Positions 48,580 to 58,565 of a stretch of DNA of 64,000 nt are shown here, piece after piece. A program made the position numbers and the translations under genes. The stretch covers positions 1,280,001 to 1,344,000 of the forward strand of contig OZ252287.1 of NCBI GenBank assembly GCA_965250085.1, given 5' to 3'. Source of the stretch: Candidatus Altimarinota bacterium. Lineage in GTDB: Bacteria; Patescibacteriota; Gracilibacteria; CAIRYL01. The notes beneath the pieces are model-generated. The model worked only from the letters and a program-made list of their open reading frames with translations, was not told the origin of the DNA and did no database searches. Numbering within the stretch: the first letter of the stretch is position 1; every line of letters begins with the position of its first letter.

Positions 48580-49110
48580 TTATTCTTCAATCCATCCCAA
48601 AAATTTAAATCCATAGTAATACGATCCATTTCGAGTATTGACATCAATTTTTTTTCCCGCTCCGGATCCATCTTTTTTTCGAATCACATACCCAGAACCT
48701 CTATAACCACCTCCAAAGACTTCACTGAAGAGGCTGTAGTTTCTTCTCGAATTGGTCACTTCAAACCCATCAGGAGAGACGCTGTTGGGATTGAGTTTGA
48801 AATTCTGAGCATCTTCAAAAGAAATAACGGTGCTGGTATTGGTCTCTGCATCATATGTATAGAGTACTGATTCATCGTATCGATATCTATACTGTTCTTT
48901 TTCTTTTTCCGTGGGCTCTCTTTTAACGACTGCACCATCTTCTACCACATATTTGGGAAAGCTATATGAATAGTTGTCTCCAGAGACATAGAGAAAATCA
49001 TACTGAGGATCCAGAAACAACTGCGGCAAATAAATGCTCAGTGCTATAAATAGAGTCATCAATATTGGGATCAGGATCCCGATGAGAAGAGGAATATTCT
49101 TTTTCTTCAT
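48580..49110 (-). CDS. membrane-anchored hypothetical protein
   Basis: N-terminal TM, PQYDFLY, SPDGF and FKFLGWI. Confidence 0.78.
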   Translation of the reverse strand: MKKKNIPLLIGILIPILMTLFIALSIYLPQLFLDPQYDFLYVSGDNYSYSFPKYVVEDGAVVKREPTEKEKEQYRYRYDESVLYTYDAETNTSTVISFEDAQNFKLNPNSVSPDGFEVTNSRRNYSLFSEVFGGGYRGSGYVIRKKDGSGAGKKIDVNTRNGSYYYGFKFLGWIEE

Positions 49111-49217
49111 GGTGTCATGATATGAAATATGTCATTGAGAAGCAAGTACCTCTTTACCAGTTGTCAGTAGATCAGTTGTTCATTTTATTGCCATGATTTT
49201 TGCTGACAACTGACAAC

Positions 49218-50834
49218 TTATTTATTTACAACTTTTTTGAGTCTTTTTTTCACAAATTCTGCATCAAGGACTGAAAGCAAAAATCCGGCTTTTGGTCCCG
49301 AGTCACGTCCAAAGAATGCCTGATAGATGGGAACAAATATTTCCTTGGGAGAAATATTGAGTTTTTCTTTGAGCGTATGTAAAAATCCATGAATGGCTTC
49401 TCCGTCTGGATTTGAGTTTCCTTCAAAAAACTGCAGTATTTCAGCACAAACTTTTTTGTCTCCTTCAGAAAAGGCTCTTGTTATTTCTGGCAGCTCATCA
49501 GAAATTTGAAAGACAAATTGCTCTGGAGCCCAGAGGTCAAGCCATTTTTTGGCATATTCAGACCTTCGTTTTGCTTCAATGATTTCTCTTTCTGTCAGTT
49601 CAGCCCCCTTCATCTCTGTCACTTTTTCCAAAAAATCCATATGCGGCATCTGTACTAAAAATGATACTTCCCGAAATCGAGGAACAAACATCGGACTTAT
49701 TTTTTTTCTGTTTTTTTCCAAATTTGAAACTTCAAAAATACGAGCAAAATCTTCTTTTCCTTCATGAGGCTTAAAATAAAGATCCGCCATTCGATCAAAT
49801 GTATCAAAGAGATTTGGGATCGTGTCTCCTTCAGGGTCAAAGTCAACTGGCTGTCGTGCTTGCTTCCTTAGGAGCAATAAGCGTGTTATTTCTGGAGGGA
49901 GAAGGTCAGAAACCTCTTTGGCACTGGCTCCTTTGCCCTTAGAGCTCGACATTTTTTTGCCGCCAATGACAAAGAATTCATACGGAATATCAAATGGATT
50001 GGGATAATCAAGTATTTCTTCACAAATGCGCTTACTGATATCTCGAGAGCCGCCTTTTGTGTAGTGATCTTTGCCAGCCCCCTCGATGTCTACTCCCATA
50101 ACTTTAAATTTTGCCGCCCATTCCACTTTCCACGGCAATTTCCCATTGCCATCAAAAGGGGAGATGCGGCCTTTTGTCTCGCATCCTTCTGCCCAGGATA
50201 CGAGATTCTTTTTGCACTCAAAGCCAACGGTCTCTCCATCAAAATCAAAAACCATGGTCGTACCAATCTTGCCGCACTTGGGACACGCCACTTGGAGTGG
50301 CATCCAGTCATTTGGTTTTTCACTCTCAGCAACTTCTTTATAAATTTTGCGAATATCATTCGCATGTTCCAAGCATGTCCGAATGGCTTCATTGAATTTT
50401 CCAGACTTGTACTCATCGTGCAACCGATAAAACTGAGCATTGAATCCAATATGCTCTACGACTCCTATGAATTCTTCTGCATACATCTCTGCAAAGTTTT
50501 TTGCCTTTCCATCAGGAGAGGGGACAGAATAGAGAGGCTGCCCCAAATACTGAGTAAACTCCTTCTCGTGCTCAGGCGGCACATCATCCATGGGGTCAAA
50601 ATCATTGATTTCAAAGAGAAATTTTGCGTCTCTTCCTCGCTCTATGAGTATTTGCTCCATAATGCCGTGTACCGCAATTCCCCTCAAAGAACCTACATGA
50701 ACTCGACCGGAGCATGTTTTTTCATCACGAATAATCAGCGACTGACCACTTTTTATTTTTTCCGCATAGAGTTGCTCTATTTCATCACAGATTTGGTCTA
50801 CCCAATACATGGTGCTCTCAGAAAAATCAGACAA
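49218..50834 (-). CDS. lysS: lysine--tRNA ligase, class I
   Basis: SGRVHVGS (HIGH-like), CPKCG, GKLPWKVEWAAKF, GKDH and KMSSSKG. Confidence 0.95.
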   Translation of the reverse strand: MSDFSESTMYWVDQICDEIEQLYAEKIKSGQSLIIRDEKTCSGRVHVGSLRGIAVHGIMEQILIERGRDAKFLFEINDFDPMDDVPPEHEKEFTQYLGQPLYSVPSPDGKAKNFAEMYAEEFIGVVEHIGFNAQFYRLHDEYKSGKFNEAIRTCLEHANDIRKIYKEVAESEKPNDWMPLQVACPKCGKIGTTMVFDFDGETVGFECKKNLVSWAEGCETKGRISPFDGNGKLPWKVEWAAKFKVMGVDIEGAGKDHYTKGGSRDISKRICEEILDYPNPFDIPYEFFVIGGKKMSSSKGKGASAKEVSDLLPPEITRLLLLRKQARQPVDFDPEGDTIPNLFDTFDRMADLYFKPHEGKEDFARIFEVSNLEKNRKKISPMFVPRFREVSFLVQMPHMDFLEKVTEMKGAELTEREIIEAKRRSEYAKKWLDLWAPEQFVFQISDELPEITRAFSEGDKKVCAEILQFFEGNSNPDGEAIHGFLHTLKEKLNISPKEIFVPIYQAFFGRDSGPKAGFLLSVLDAEFVKKRLKKVVNK

Positions 50835-50951
50835 ATTGTAGCAGATTTTAAGGTGTCAAAAAGCGCCATTTGTGACGGGAAAAGATATTTTACTTGACAA
50901 AAATAAATAAACAATGGTGTACTGTGCTAGTATTTTTTAAATTCCCTCATC

Positions 50952-51623
50952 ATGACACACACAGGAAGCCCTTCAGATTCAGGTAGTTTTTTGGATGGAT
51001 ATACTGAAACAGTAGAAAAAGAGCATGCTACTGGGGACGAACAGACAGAGCAAAAAACTCTGGAAAATGGGTTCACGGAAACGATGATTAAGATTCCTTT
51101 TGAGATGGAAGCATTGCCTGACCATAAAAAGACTAAGGCACTAAAAGAGCTCCTTATGGAAAACGGACTTAGACAAGGATTTGATTTTCAGGTTCTTACT
51201 CTTTTCAGTAAGGAACCATCGGTGCGGTTATATGTACACCCAGAGTCATTCGAGAGAGTACAGCGCGCTTTGGACAATTATCGAATACCATCAGAAAATG
51301 CACAGCCCCTCCCTACTAGTGTGGAGGATCTCCAAAAACTTATTGACTGGCTTAATCGCCGAAAGATAAGAAAATCCCGAAAAGATAAATTTGTATTGAT
51401 TGAGGGCATTCGCTATTCACCCATGGAGCTCATTGAAGCATTAAGAACAAGAATAAATATCACCCTTGCTGATAAACTTATAAAAGAGATAGAGGAGCAA
51501 GGATGTGAAAATATCGTTATGGCATTTGATAAGATGATTGAGAGACAAGAAAAAGATTTGCATAGAGAAGAACAAGAAGCAGCATACCAAAATATGGTAG
51601 TTACTTCTGGTGGAGGTCTATAG
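50952..51623 (+). CDS. hypothetical protein
   Basis: 223-aa ORF divergent from lysS, with TTGACA at 50894. Confidence 0.7.
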   Translation: MTHTGSPSDSGSFLDGYTETVEKEHATGDEQTEQKTLENGFTETMIKIPFEMEALPDHKKTKALKELLMENGLRQGFDFQVLTLFSKEPSVRLYVHPESFERVQRALDNYRIPSENAQPLPTSVEDLQKLIDWLNRRKIRKSRKDKFVLIEGIRYSPMELIEALRTRINITLADKLIKEIEEQGCENIVMAFDKMIERQEKDLHREEQEAAYQNMVVTSGGGL

Positions 51624-51712
51624 TTGATTCGCCTTTTGTTGGTTCAAGTTTTCTCCTCTGGCGACGAACAAGTGCAACCTGAATCTTTCAGTTTCAATTA
51701 TTTCTTTATTTT

Positions 51713-52237
51713 ATGTCTCCATCTCATCAACAATCGAATTGTTTAGAACAGCTCACGGCATTTGAGACGGAGATAACAGTGAGTAAAGAGGACTGTAATG
51801 ATATGGAAAGGCAACTCCAGCACTTTCCAGTATTTAATTCAGAATTACAGGATCGCATCCGTAATGTTCGCAAAGAACTAGAGCGCTTAGGTCTTTTGGT
51901 AGAAAAACTCAAAAAATTCCAAGACATTAGAAGTAATAACCTGTGGAATGATCTTGAAGAGGAATTGTTGGAATTGACACCTGTCATGGAAGATTCACAA
52001 GCAGAAAGTGACTTTTCTCAAACAAAAAAAGTCCTTGTGTTGTCAAAGAACAGCAGAGAACAATCTCAAGCGCTAAGGAGTGCGATTCAAGCATTGATAC
52101 AGTCAGGATTAAAAACTTGTGGAAGAGATTTTTCTCAGGTACAGATCGATCTCGCTGGCATAAGGAGATCTATACAGCAAGTGCAAAATAGAGATGAAAG
52201 AGGTAGCACTGGAAGAAAACCCACTTTAGAATCGTAG
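51713..52237 (+). CDS. hypothetical coiled-coil protein
   Basis: 174-aa ORF rich in heptads. Confidence 0.65.
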   Translation: MSPSHQQSNCLEQLTAFETEITVSKEDCNDMERQLQHFPVFNSELQDRIRNVRKELERLGLLVEKLKKFQDIRSNNLWNDLEEELLELTPVMEDSQAESDFSQTKKVLVLSKNSREQSQALRSAIQALIQSGLKTCGRDFSQVQIDLAGIRRSIQQVQNRDERGSTGRKPTLES

Positions 52238-52354
52238 CAAGAGGAGGAAAGCTCGTTTAAACAGAAGAGAGTCTTGGAGCTTTGTGAATGAAAGACACGT
52301 TTTGACTTCGGCGTGTGTTTCGCTACACTGTTTCTGTTTTTAGAAAGAGAAGAC

Positions 52355-53323
52355 ATGAAACGCATTCTTACCGGATTACAACCTAGCGGAGAGTTGCATA
52401 TCGGCAATTATTTTGGCTCTATGAAGCCAAATCTAGAGCTAGCCGAGACACATGAGGCATTTATGACGATTGTAGATCTGCACGCACTGACGACGGTGCA
52501 TGATGCTGCAAAACTTAGGAAATACAGCATTGATACAGCACTAGATTTGTTGGCATGTGGACTGGATCCCCAAAAGACGATCTTATTCTGCCAGAGCGAT
52601 GTTCATGAGCATGCAGAGTTGACATGGATTTTTTCAACGATTACGCCATTAGGGCTTCTCGAAAGATCACATGCTTTTAAGGATAAAAAGGCAAGAGGAC
52701 TAGAAGTAAATACCGGACTCTTTACCTATCCCATACTTATGGCGAGTGATATTTTGCTCTATGATCCACATTACGTACCAGTAGGAAAAGACCAGAAACA
52801 GCATGTGGAAATGGTGCGTGATATTGCACAAAAATTTAACAATACTTTTGGGGAAGCGTTTCCATTGCTTCCGGAGCCTATGATTTCTGAAGAGACCGGT
52901 GTTGTGCCGGGAATAGATGGACAAAAGATGTCCAAAAGTTATGGCAATACGATTGAAATATTTGATGATGAAGACGTTATGGAAAAAAAGATTATGAGCA
53001 TTGTGACCGACTCGAAAGGAGTAGATGAACCCAAAGACCCGGAAACATGTAATGTGTTCCAACTGGCAAAACTCTTCTTTAGCGAAAATGAACTGAGTGA
53101 TTTGGACCAAAAGTACAGAAATGGAGGATTTGGCTATGGTGATGCCAAAAAGTGGCTCTTTGAAAGAACACATGCATACTTCACCCCTTTTCGCACCAAA
53201 AGAGAAGATTTTGAGAAAGAGATAGATGCAGTCCATCGCATTCTGGATGCCGGTGCGCAAAAAGCACGAGATATTGCTGGGGCAAAAATGAAAGTGGTGA
53301 AAGAAATGGTGGGATTACAATGA
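52355..53323 (+). CDS. trpS: tryptophan--tRNA ligase
   Basis: TGLQPSGELHIGNY, YPILMASDIL, VPVGKDQKQH and KMSKS. Confidence 0.98.
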   Translation: MKRILTGLQPSGELHIGNYFGSMKPNLELAETHEAFMTIVDLHALTTVHDAAKLRKYSIDTALDLLACGLDPQKTILFCQSDVHEHAELTWIFSTITPLGLLERSHAFKDKKARGLEVNTGLFTYPILMASDILLYDPHYVPVGKDQKQHVEMVRDIAQKFNNTFGEAFPLLPEPMISEETGVVPGIDGQKMSKSYGNTIEIFDDEDVMEKKIMSIVTDSKGVDEPKDPETCNVFQLAKLFFSENELSDLDQKYRNGGFGYGDAKKWLFERTHAYFTPFRTKREDFEKEIDAVHRILDAGAQKARDIAGAKMKVVKEMVGLQ

Positions 53324-53503
53324 ATTACGAATTATGAATGAAGCACAATATGTATTTTTTTTGAGACATAGTTTTTGAGAAAGATAGAAACCTTGGATTA
53401 CTTCGATTTTACTCAGTACGGGCAAGTCCGTGATGACCATAGGAAAATTCTTTTTGACATTGCTGTATAACTTCCAGTAGCCTTCGCTGCGAAAATTTGG
53501 AAA

Positions 53504-55858
53504 ATGAATATGGCAAAAAACCTAGTTATTGTAGAGTCACCGACCAAGGCAAAGATGCTGACAAAGTTTCTGGGTGATGATTATGTAGTGGAAAGTTCTT
53601 TTGGGCATATCCGTGATTTGCCACAAAAAAAATCAGATCTCACTTCATCTCAAAAAGCACTTCCATATGCGAGTTTGGGAATTGATGTAGACAACAACTT
53701 CAAACCCCTCTATGTAGTGCCACAAAAATCAAAAAAATATGCCACCAAACTACGGCAAAAATTTGGAAGTGAGACGGTGCTCTGGCTTGCAACTGATGAA
53801 GATCGCGAAGGAGAAGCCATTGCATGGCATCTTTTAGAAATTTTAAAACCCAAAAAAGGAAATACTATTCAGAGAATTGTATTTCACGAAATTACAAAGG
53901 ACGCGATTCTTGAAGCGATAAAAAATCCTCGAGAAATAGATATGAATTTGGTAAATGCCCAGCAAGCACGTCGTATTCTCGATAGGCTGGTGGGGTACCG
54001 TTTGTCCCCATTGCTTTGGAAAAAAATAAAGTATGGGCTTTCAGCAGGGAGAGTACAGTCTGTGGCAGTGAGACTTCTGGTAGATCGAGAGCGTGAGATA
54101 AAAGCTTTTGACCCAGAGGAGAGCTGGTCACTCACCGCTCATTTTCAAAAAGATGAAAAAAATTTTACCGCACTCTTTCAAAAAATAGAGGGCAAAAAGG
54201 TCACGCTCAGAGCAGAAGAAGAAGCAAGAGCAGTTCTGGGAGCTCTCAAAGATCAGAAATTTCTCATCAACAGTGTTTCTGAAAAACAAGTCAAGCGAAG
54301 ACCGGCACCACCATTTACAACTTCTACGCTCCAGCAGGAAGCTGCTCGAAAACTCGGATTTTCTGTGCGTAAGACCATGCAATTGGCTCAAAAACTGTAT
54401 GAAGGAATTGATATGGAAGGAGGAGAAGCCGGGGGGCTCATCACGTATATGCGTACCGATTCGGTCAATCTTTCTGAAAAAGCGCTTGCAGATGCTCAAA
54501 GGGTTATTGCTGAAAAATATGGCGCCAAATTTTCTGAAACCAGAGTGTATAAAACAAAATCAAAAGGTGCACAGGAAGCACATGAAGCGGTACGTCCAAC
54601 AGAAATTTCCCGTACACCAGATCAGGTGAATCAGTGGAAAAGCACACTCGATTCTGATGCACGAAAGCTCTATGACTTAATTTGGAAACGTACTATGGCG
54701 AGTCAAATGACAGACGCCGAGTTACTCCAGACCGGTATTGATCTAGATGTGAAAGCACGTGTGGGAGATCAAAAAGTGCATACATTTCGCGCCACCGGTC
54801 AGCGTATTGTGTTTGATGGATTTCTCAAAGTATACGCCGAAGGAAGGGATGATGAAAAAGATGAAAACAAGGAGGACATTCTTCCAAAGCTCACACAAAA
54901 TGAAGAGTTAGGTGCAGAAAAAATTGAAAAGAAGCAACATTTTACAAAACCTCCGCCACGGTATACAGAAGCAAGTTTGGTAAAAAAACTGGAAGCTGAG
55001 GGTATCGGGCGTCCTTCGACATATGCACCCACCATTACCACTATTATGAGAAGAGAGTATGCAGAACGTGAAGGGAAACAGCTTGTTCCAACGGATATTG
55101 CCTTTGTAGTGATCAAACTGCTCGAAAAACATTTTGAACGCATTGTAAGCCTCAAATTTACGGCGGGAATGGAAGAACATTTGGATGAAATTGCAGAAGG
55201 AAAGCTGGAATGGCATGCGATGCTCGAAGATTTTTATGAGGACTTTGACAAGCAAGTAGAAGAAAAAGAAGAAAATATTTCTGTAGAAGAAGCGAGAGCC
55301 GAAAGAATACTGGGCACTGATCCCAAGAGTGGGAAGCCACTCAAAGTACGCATGGGGAGATATGGTCCACACGCTCAAATCGGCAGTCGAGACGATGCGG
55401 AAAAACCAAAATTTGCGGGACTCAGAAAAGGCCAAAGCCTCGATACCATTACCCTAGAAGAGGCGCTTGAACTCTTCAAACTTCCACGAACGCTTGGCGC
55501 GGACTCAGAAGGAAATGAGATAAAAGCAAATATCGGGCGTTTTGGACCATATGTACAGGTGGAAAAACTTTTTGTTTCACTCAAAGAAGACGATCCCATG
55601 GATGTTACTTTAGAACGAGCACTTGAGCTCATTGCTCAAAAAAAGGAGGAAATTGCGAATCGCATTATCAAAGAATTTAAAGACACTGATATTCAAATTC
55701 TCAATGGTCGCTATGGACCCTATATTACTGATGGAAAAAAGAACGCTAAAATTCCAAAAGAACACAAAGACGATCCTGCAAAATTGACTCGAACGGAATG
55801 TGAAAAACTTATCTCCGAAGCTCCAGAAAAAGGGAGGAGATGGAAAAAGAAAAAGTAA
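53504..55858 (+). CDS. topA: DNA topoisomerase I with C-terminal Toprim_C repeats
   Basis: VIVESPTKAK, ATDEDREGE, SAGRVQS, ITYMRTDS and repeated GRYGP/GRFGPY. Confidence 0.98.
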   Translation: MNMAKNLVIVESPTKAKMLTKFLGDDYVVESSFGHIRDLPQKKSDLTSSQKALPYASLGIDVDNNFKPLYVVPQKSKKYATKLRQKFGSETVLWLATDEDREGEAIAWHLLEILKPKKGNTIQRIVFHEITKDAILEAIKNPREIDMNLVNAQQARRILDRLVGYRLSPLLWKKIKYGLSAGRVQSVAVRLLVDREREIKAFDPEESWSLTAHFQKDEKNFTALFQKIEGKKVTLRAEEEARAVLGALKDQKFLINSVSEKQVKRRPAPPFTTSTLQQEAARKLGFSVRKTMQLAQKLYEGIDMEGGEAGGLITYMRTDSVNLSEKALADAQRVIAEKYGAKFSETRVYKTKSKGAQEAHEAVRPTEISRTPDQVNQWKSTLDSDARKLYDLIWKRTMASQMTDAELLQTGIDLDVKARVGDQKVHTFRATGQRIVFDGFLKVYAEGRDDEKDENKEDILPKLTQNEELGAEKIEKKQHFTKPPPRYTEASLVKKLEAEGIGRPSTYAPTITTIMRREYAEREGKQLVPTDIAFVVIKLLEKHFERIVSLKFTAGMEEHLDEIAEGKLEWHAMLEDFYEDFDKQVEEKEENISVEEARAERILGTDPKSGKPLKVRMGRYGPHAQIGSRDDAEKPKFAGLRKGQSLDTITLEEALELFKLPRTLGADSEGNEIKANIGRFGPYVQVEKLFVSLKEDDPMDVTLERALELIAQKKEEIANRIIKEFKDTDIQILNGRYGPYITDGKKNAKIPKEHKDDPAKLTRTECEKLISEAPEKGRRWKKKK

Positions 55859-55868
55859 AACATAGATT

Positions 55869-57389
55869 TTATGCTGCAATTTTTGAAGATTGAGTACCAA
55901 CTTGAGAAAACTGTAGGAGTTCTTGTGAGCATTCTTGAATATAGCGGGGATACTGACACATAATATAAACCGTGGGGACATGCATCGTATGGTTTTTTGT
56001 AGGGGATCTTCCTTTGCCAGAAGTATTTGTCTTGGGAAAGACGATGTATGTATTCCCTTCTGAGTTTGCTGATTCAGCTTTTTGTAACCAATATTCAGAA
56101 AAGTTTTTCCAGTGAAATGATTTTGATTTTCCATGTACATCAAAATATCCCTCCAAAAGTCCCATCATATGCCCTGCTCCTCTGTTGTAAGTAGCAAAAA
56201 TAAGCGCCTCAAAATCATCAGGTGAAATATTTTTCCCCGTTTCATATCCTCTATGAGAAAGGAATTTCCCCATTTCTCTATGTTTCAAGAGATAATATTT
56301 GAGCGCTACAAAGAGATTATCTTCAAAATCCATAAGATCATAACTCCTTTTTTCCTCGCTCAGGGATCTGACGACATCTCCAAAAGCACCATCACCTACT
56401 TGGAATGTACCTTTTTCTCCAGCAGCGCCTGTAATTTTTTCTCGCAGAGAACTTTCTTTGAGTGCCCAAGACAGAATGGTTTCTAGGGAAGGAATGTGAT
56501 CTCTTTCCTGTGGAGTGAATCGAGTTTCTATTACTTCAGTTGCTTGAGCAGCGTACTTTGCCAATGTATCGACTGAAAAAGACTGGGTTTCTTGTTCGAT
56601 TCTAAGACCGCCTTTTTTTCGAAGAACCGGCACTTCTACTTCCACATTTTTCTGAGAAGCAGCTTGCAAGCTTTGCGTAAAATTTACTGGAGTGATGTCA
56701 TGTGATGCAATTGTAGATACCTGATCTCTGAGACTTGAAGCAATACTCCTCGCCTCTTGAGGAAATGAACGGATTGACTCCTGGGCAAGAGTAATTTGAG
56801 CAACTACTTCTTTGTGCAATCCTGACACAGAATGCTGATGAACATATCCAGCGTGAAGAGCAATAGCCAAAACAGTAGCCGTAAGGACCGATCTCTTATG
56901 TGTCCAGAGTTTTTCGCACATCGAGAGTAGCAACGAGCCTATTACTTCTTTCTGTATTCCAGTTGATGAAGTAATATTTTCAAGTTTCTGTTCTATTTTT
57001 TCTTGAACGGCTGGATCAATATCTTGAGCAGAGTTTATTGTCAGGCTCTCGAGTTGATTGCCAAAAGTATTGAGCTCTTTTTGCATATATTCATATTGCT
57101 TCTTTGTAATTCGTTGAAAAGTAGATTCCGCTTTTTCTCCCTGTATTTTGAGTATGACAATTCCTCCAATTTCAAATCCACCAATGACTTCTCGAGCAAC
57201 TTCTCTCTTTCGAATTGCTGGGGAAGAGCCCAGTTGGTCAAGCGCTTTCAGGTATTCAGATTCGTCAACTCTTCGCAGAACCATTTGTCCGCTATCACTC
57301 TCGGCCGTGTAGCTCAAAAAATATTCTCCCAAGTCACTGGTGATAGCGTTCGTAAGTACTCTTTCCGACGGTACTTCGGCAAAATTCAT
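55869..57389 (-). CDS. membrane-anchored lytic transglycosylase (SLT-domain) protein
   Basis: TM-like segment near aa 167-183, then KESSL, GEKGTFQV, NLFVALKYY and ATYNRGAG SLT motifs. Confidence 0.78.
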   Translation of the reverse strand: MNFAEVPSERVLTNAITSDLGEYFLSYTAESDSGQMVLRRVDESEYLKALDQLGSSPAIRKREVAREVIGGFEIGGIVILKIQGEKAESTFQRITKKQYEYMQKELNTFGNQLESLTINSAQDIDPAVQEKIEQKLENITSSTGIQKEVIGSLLLSMCEKLWTHKRSVLTATVLAIALHAGYVHQHSVSGLHKEVVAQITLAQESIRSFPQEARSIASSLRDQVSTIASHDITPVNFTQSLQAASQKNVEVEVPVLRKKGGLRIEQETQSFSVDTLAKYAAQATEVIETRFTPQERDHIPSLETILSWALKESSLREKITGAAGEKGTFQVGDGAFGDVVRSLSEEKRSYDLMDFEDNLFVALKYYLLKHREMGKFLSHRGYETGKNISPDDFEALIFATYNRGAGHMMGLLEGYFDVHGKSKSFHWKNFSEYWLQKAESANSEGNTYIVFPKTNTSGKGRSPTKNHTMHVPTVYIMCQYPRYIQECSQELLQFSQVGTQSSKIAA

Positions 57390-57454
57390 GCAATAAAATA
57401 AAGTCTCTCATCATTATAACACAAAAAATAATATTGACAAACATAATACAGATA

Positions 57455-58164
57455 GGCTCTAGAGTAGGAGATTTTAAAAATCTCTGATAATTTTGGACAT
57501 TATAACAAAAATATCTTGATCTTTATAGTTCCATCGCCACTCACATTCTTTGAGGTGAAAGTTAAACTTGTGAGAAGCAATTCCGTTAAACTTAGAGAGT
57601 CTTCTTTTCGCAAAAGACCAAAAGGATTCAATACCATTTACATGACATTTTCCTCGTGCAAATTCATTTTCTGAGTGATGAATACGATAGTGATCATATC
57701 CATTGAGAATGAGTCCATCATAAGCTCTCCATCCATCAGTATGAATAGTTGATCCTTCTAGTATTTTTCCTTGAATAATAGGTAGGAGCTCTTTTCTGGA
57801 GCAATCTTTTACAATAGAAACAAATACCCTTCCTTCTCTTTGAAGGATTCCAAAGACAGGAGTCTTTCCTGCGGCTCCTCTTCCTCTCTTTCCTCTCACT
57901 CTCTTTGCTCCAAAGTAACTTTCATCAAGTTCAAATTCTCCAAAACTCTTTGACTGTGCTAAAGAGAACTTTGCAATCTTTTCTCTAAAAATATTAAAAT
58001 ATCGATCAACCGTTCTCCGATTGAGATCTAGAATATTTGCTGTTTTTGATGCATTGAGATCTTCACAAAAACACTTCAATATTTTTTTGATCTTATAATT
58101 CGATATTTTACTGTGTTTAAGCATGTTAAGAGAATAATTGAAGTAATTATTCTACTCAAGAGCC
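57455..58164 (-). mobile_element. IS1595-family insertion sequence, copy 2 (710 bp)
   Basis: Same IRs as copy 1. 8-bp TSD TACAGATA at 57447-57454 and 58165-58172. Confidence 0.95.
57474..58124 (-). CDS. IS1595-family DDE transposase
   Basis: Identical to 24318..24968 except KRMRG vs KRVRG. Confidence 0.96.
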   Translation of the reverse strand: MLKHSKISNYKIKKILKCFCEDLNASKTANILDLNRRTVDRYFNIFREKIAKFSLAQSKSFGEFELDESYFGAKRVRGKRGRGAAGKTPVFGILQREGRVFVSIVKDCSRKELLPIIQGKILEGSTIHTDGWRAYDGLILNGYDHYRIHHSENEFARGKCHVNGIESFWSFAKRRLSKFNGIASHKFNFHLKECEWRWNYKDQDIFVIMSKIIRDF

Positions 58165-58202
58165 TACAGATATTACAATACGGTAGATTTCACCATAAAG
58201 GA

Positions 58203-58565
58203 ATGAACAGACAAGAATGGGAAGCTAGGTTTTCAGGTGTTGATTCTCCTCGAGAAGAAATATTCCGTGGGAGAGGACTCGTCCAGCTAGCTTCTCCACT
58301 GAAGGATGAGTTGAGAGAGATGTTTGAAGAACGAGATCCATCTCCACGAACCTGGGATACAACGTTTGTACCCGTTGATGAGATTCCCGATCCAAAAAGC
58401 TTTCAATTATCTCACCCGGGAACGACGAGAGGCTTCTGGCCGGTAGAACAGAAATTAGCGACCAAAATGGATGAAGAAGCAAAAGAAAGAAAAGAAAGGG
58501 AAAGACGAATTGCTGAAGAGCAACTCTTTGCACGAAGAGAGATCAGGTCTCTTCGTTTCGACTAA
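58203..58565 (+). CDS. hypothetical protein
   Basis: AAAGGA precedes ATG 58203, which lies outside the IS. 120 aa. Confidence 0.6.
   Translation: MNRQEWEARFSGVDSPREEIFRGRGLVQLASPLKDELREMFEERDPSPRTWDTTFVPVDEIPDPKSFQLSHPGTTRGFWPVEQKLATKMDEEAKERKERERRIAEEQLFARREIRSLRFD

Noticed and set aside
50064-50897. 277-aa ORF antisense to lysS, and similar shadow ORFs within secA, topA and the PKD genes
   Set aside because: They fully overlap well-supported genes on the opposite strand and have no motifs.
24299-58164. Composite transposon bounded by the two IS1595 copies
   Set aside because: Each copy has its own TSD, and the interval contains core genes.
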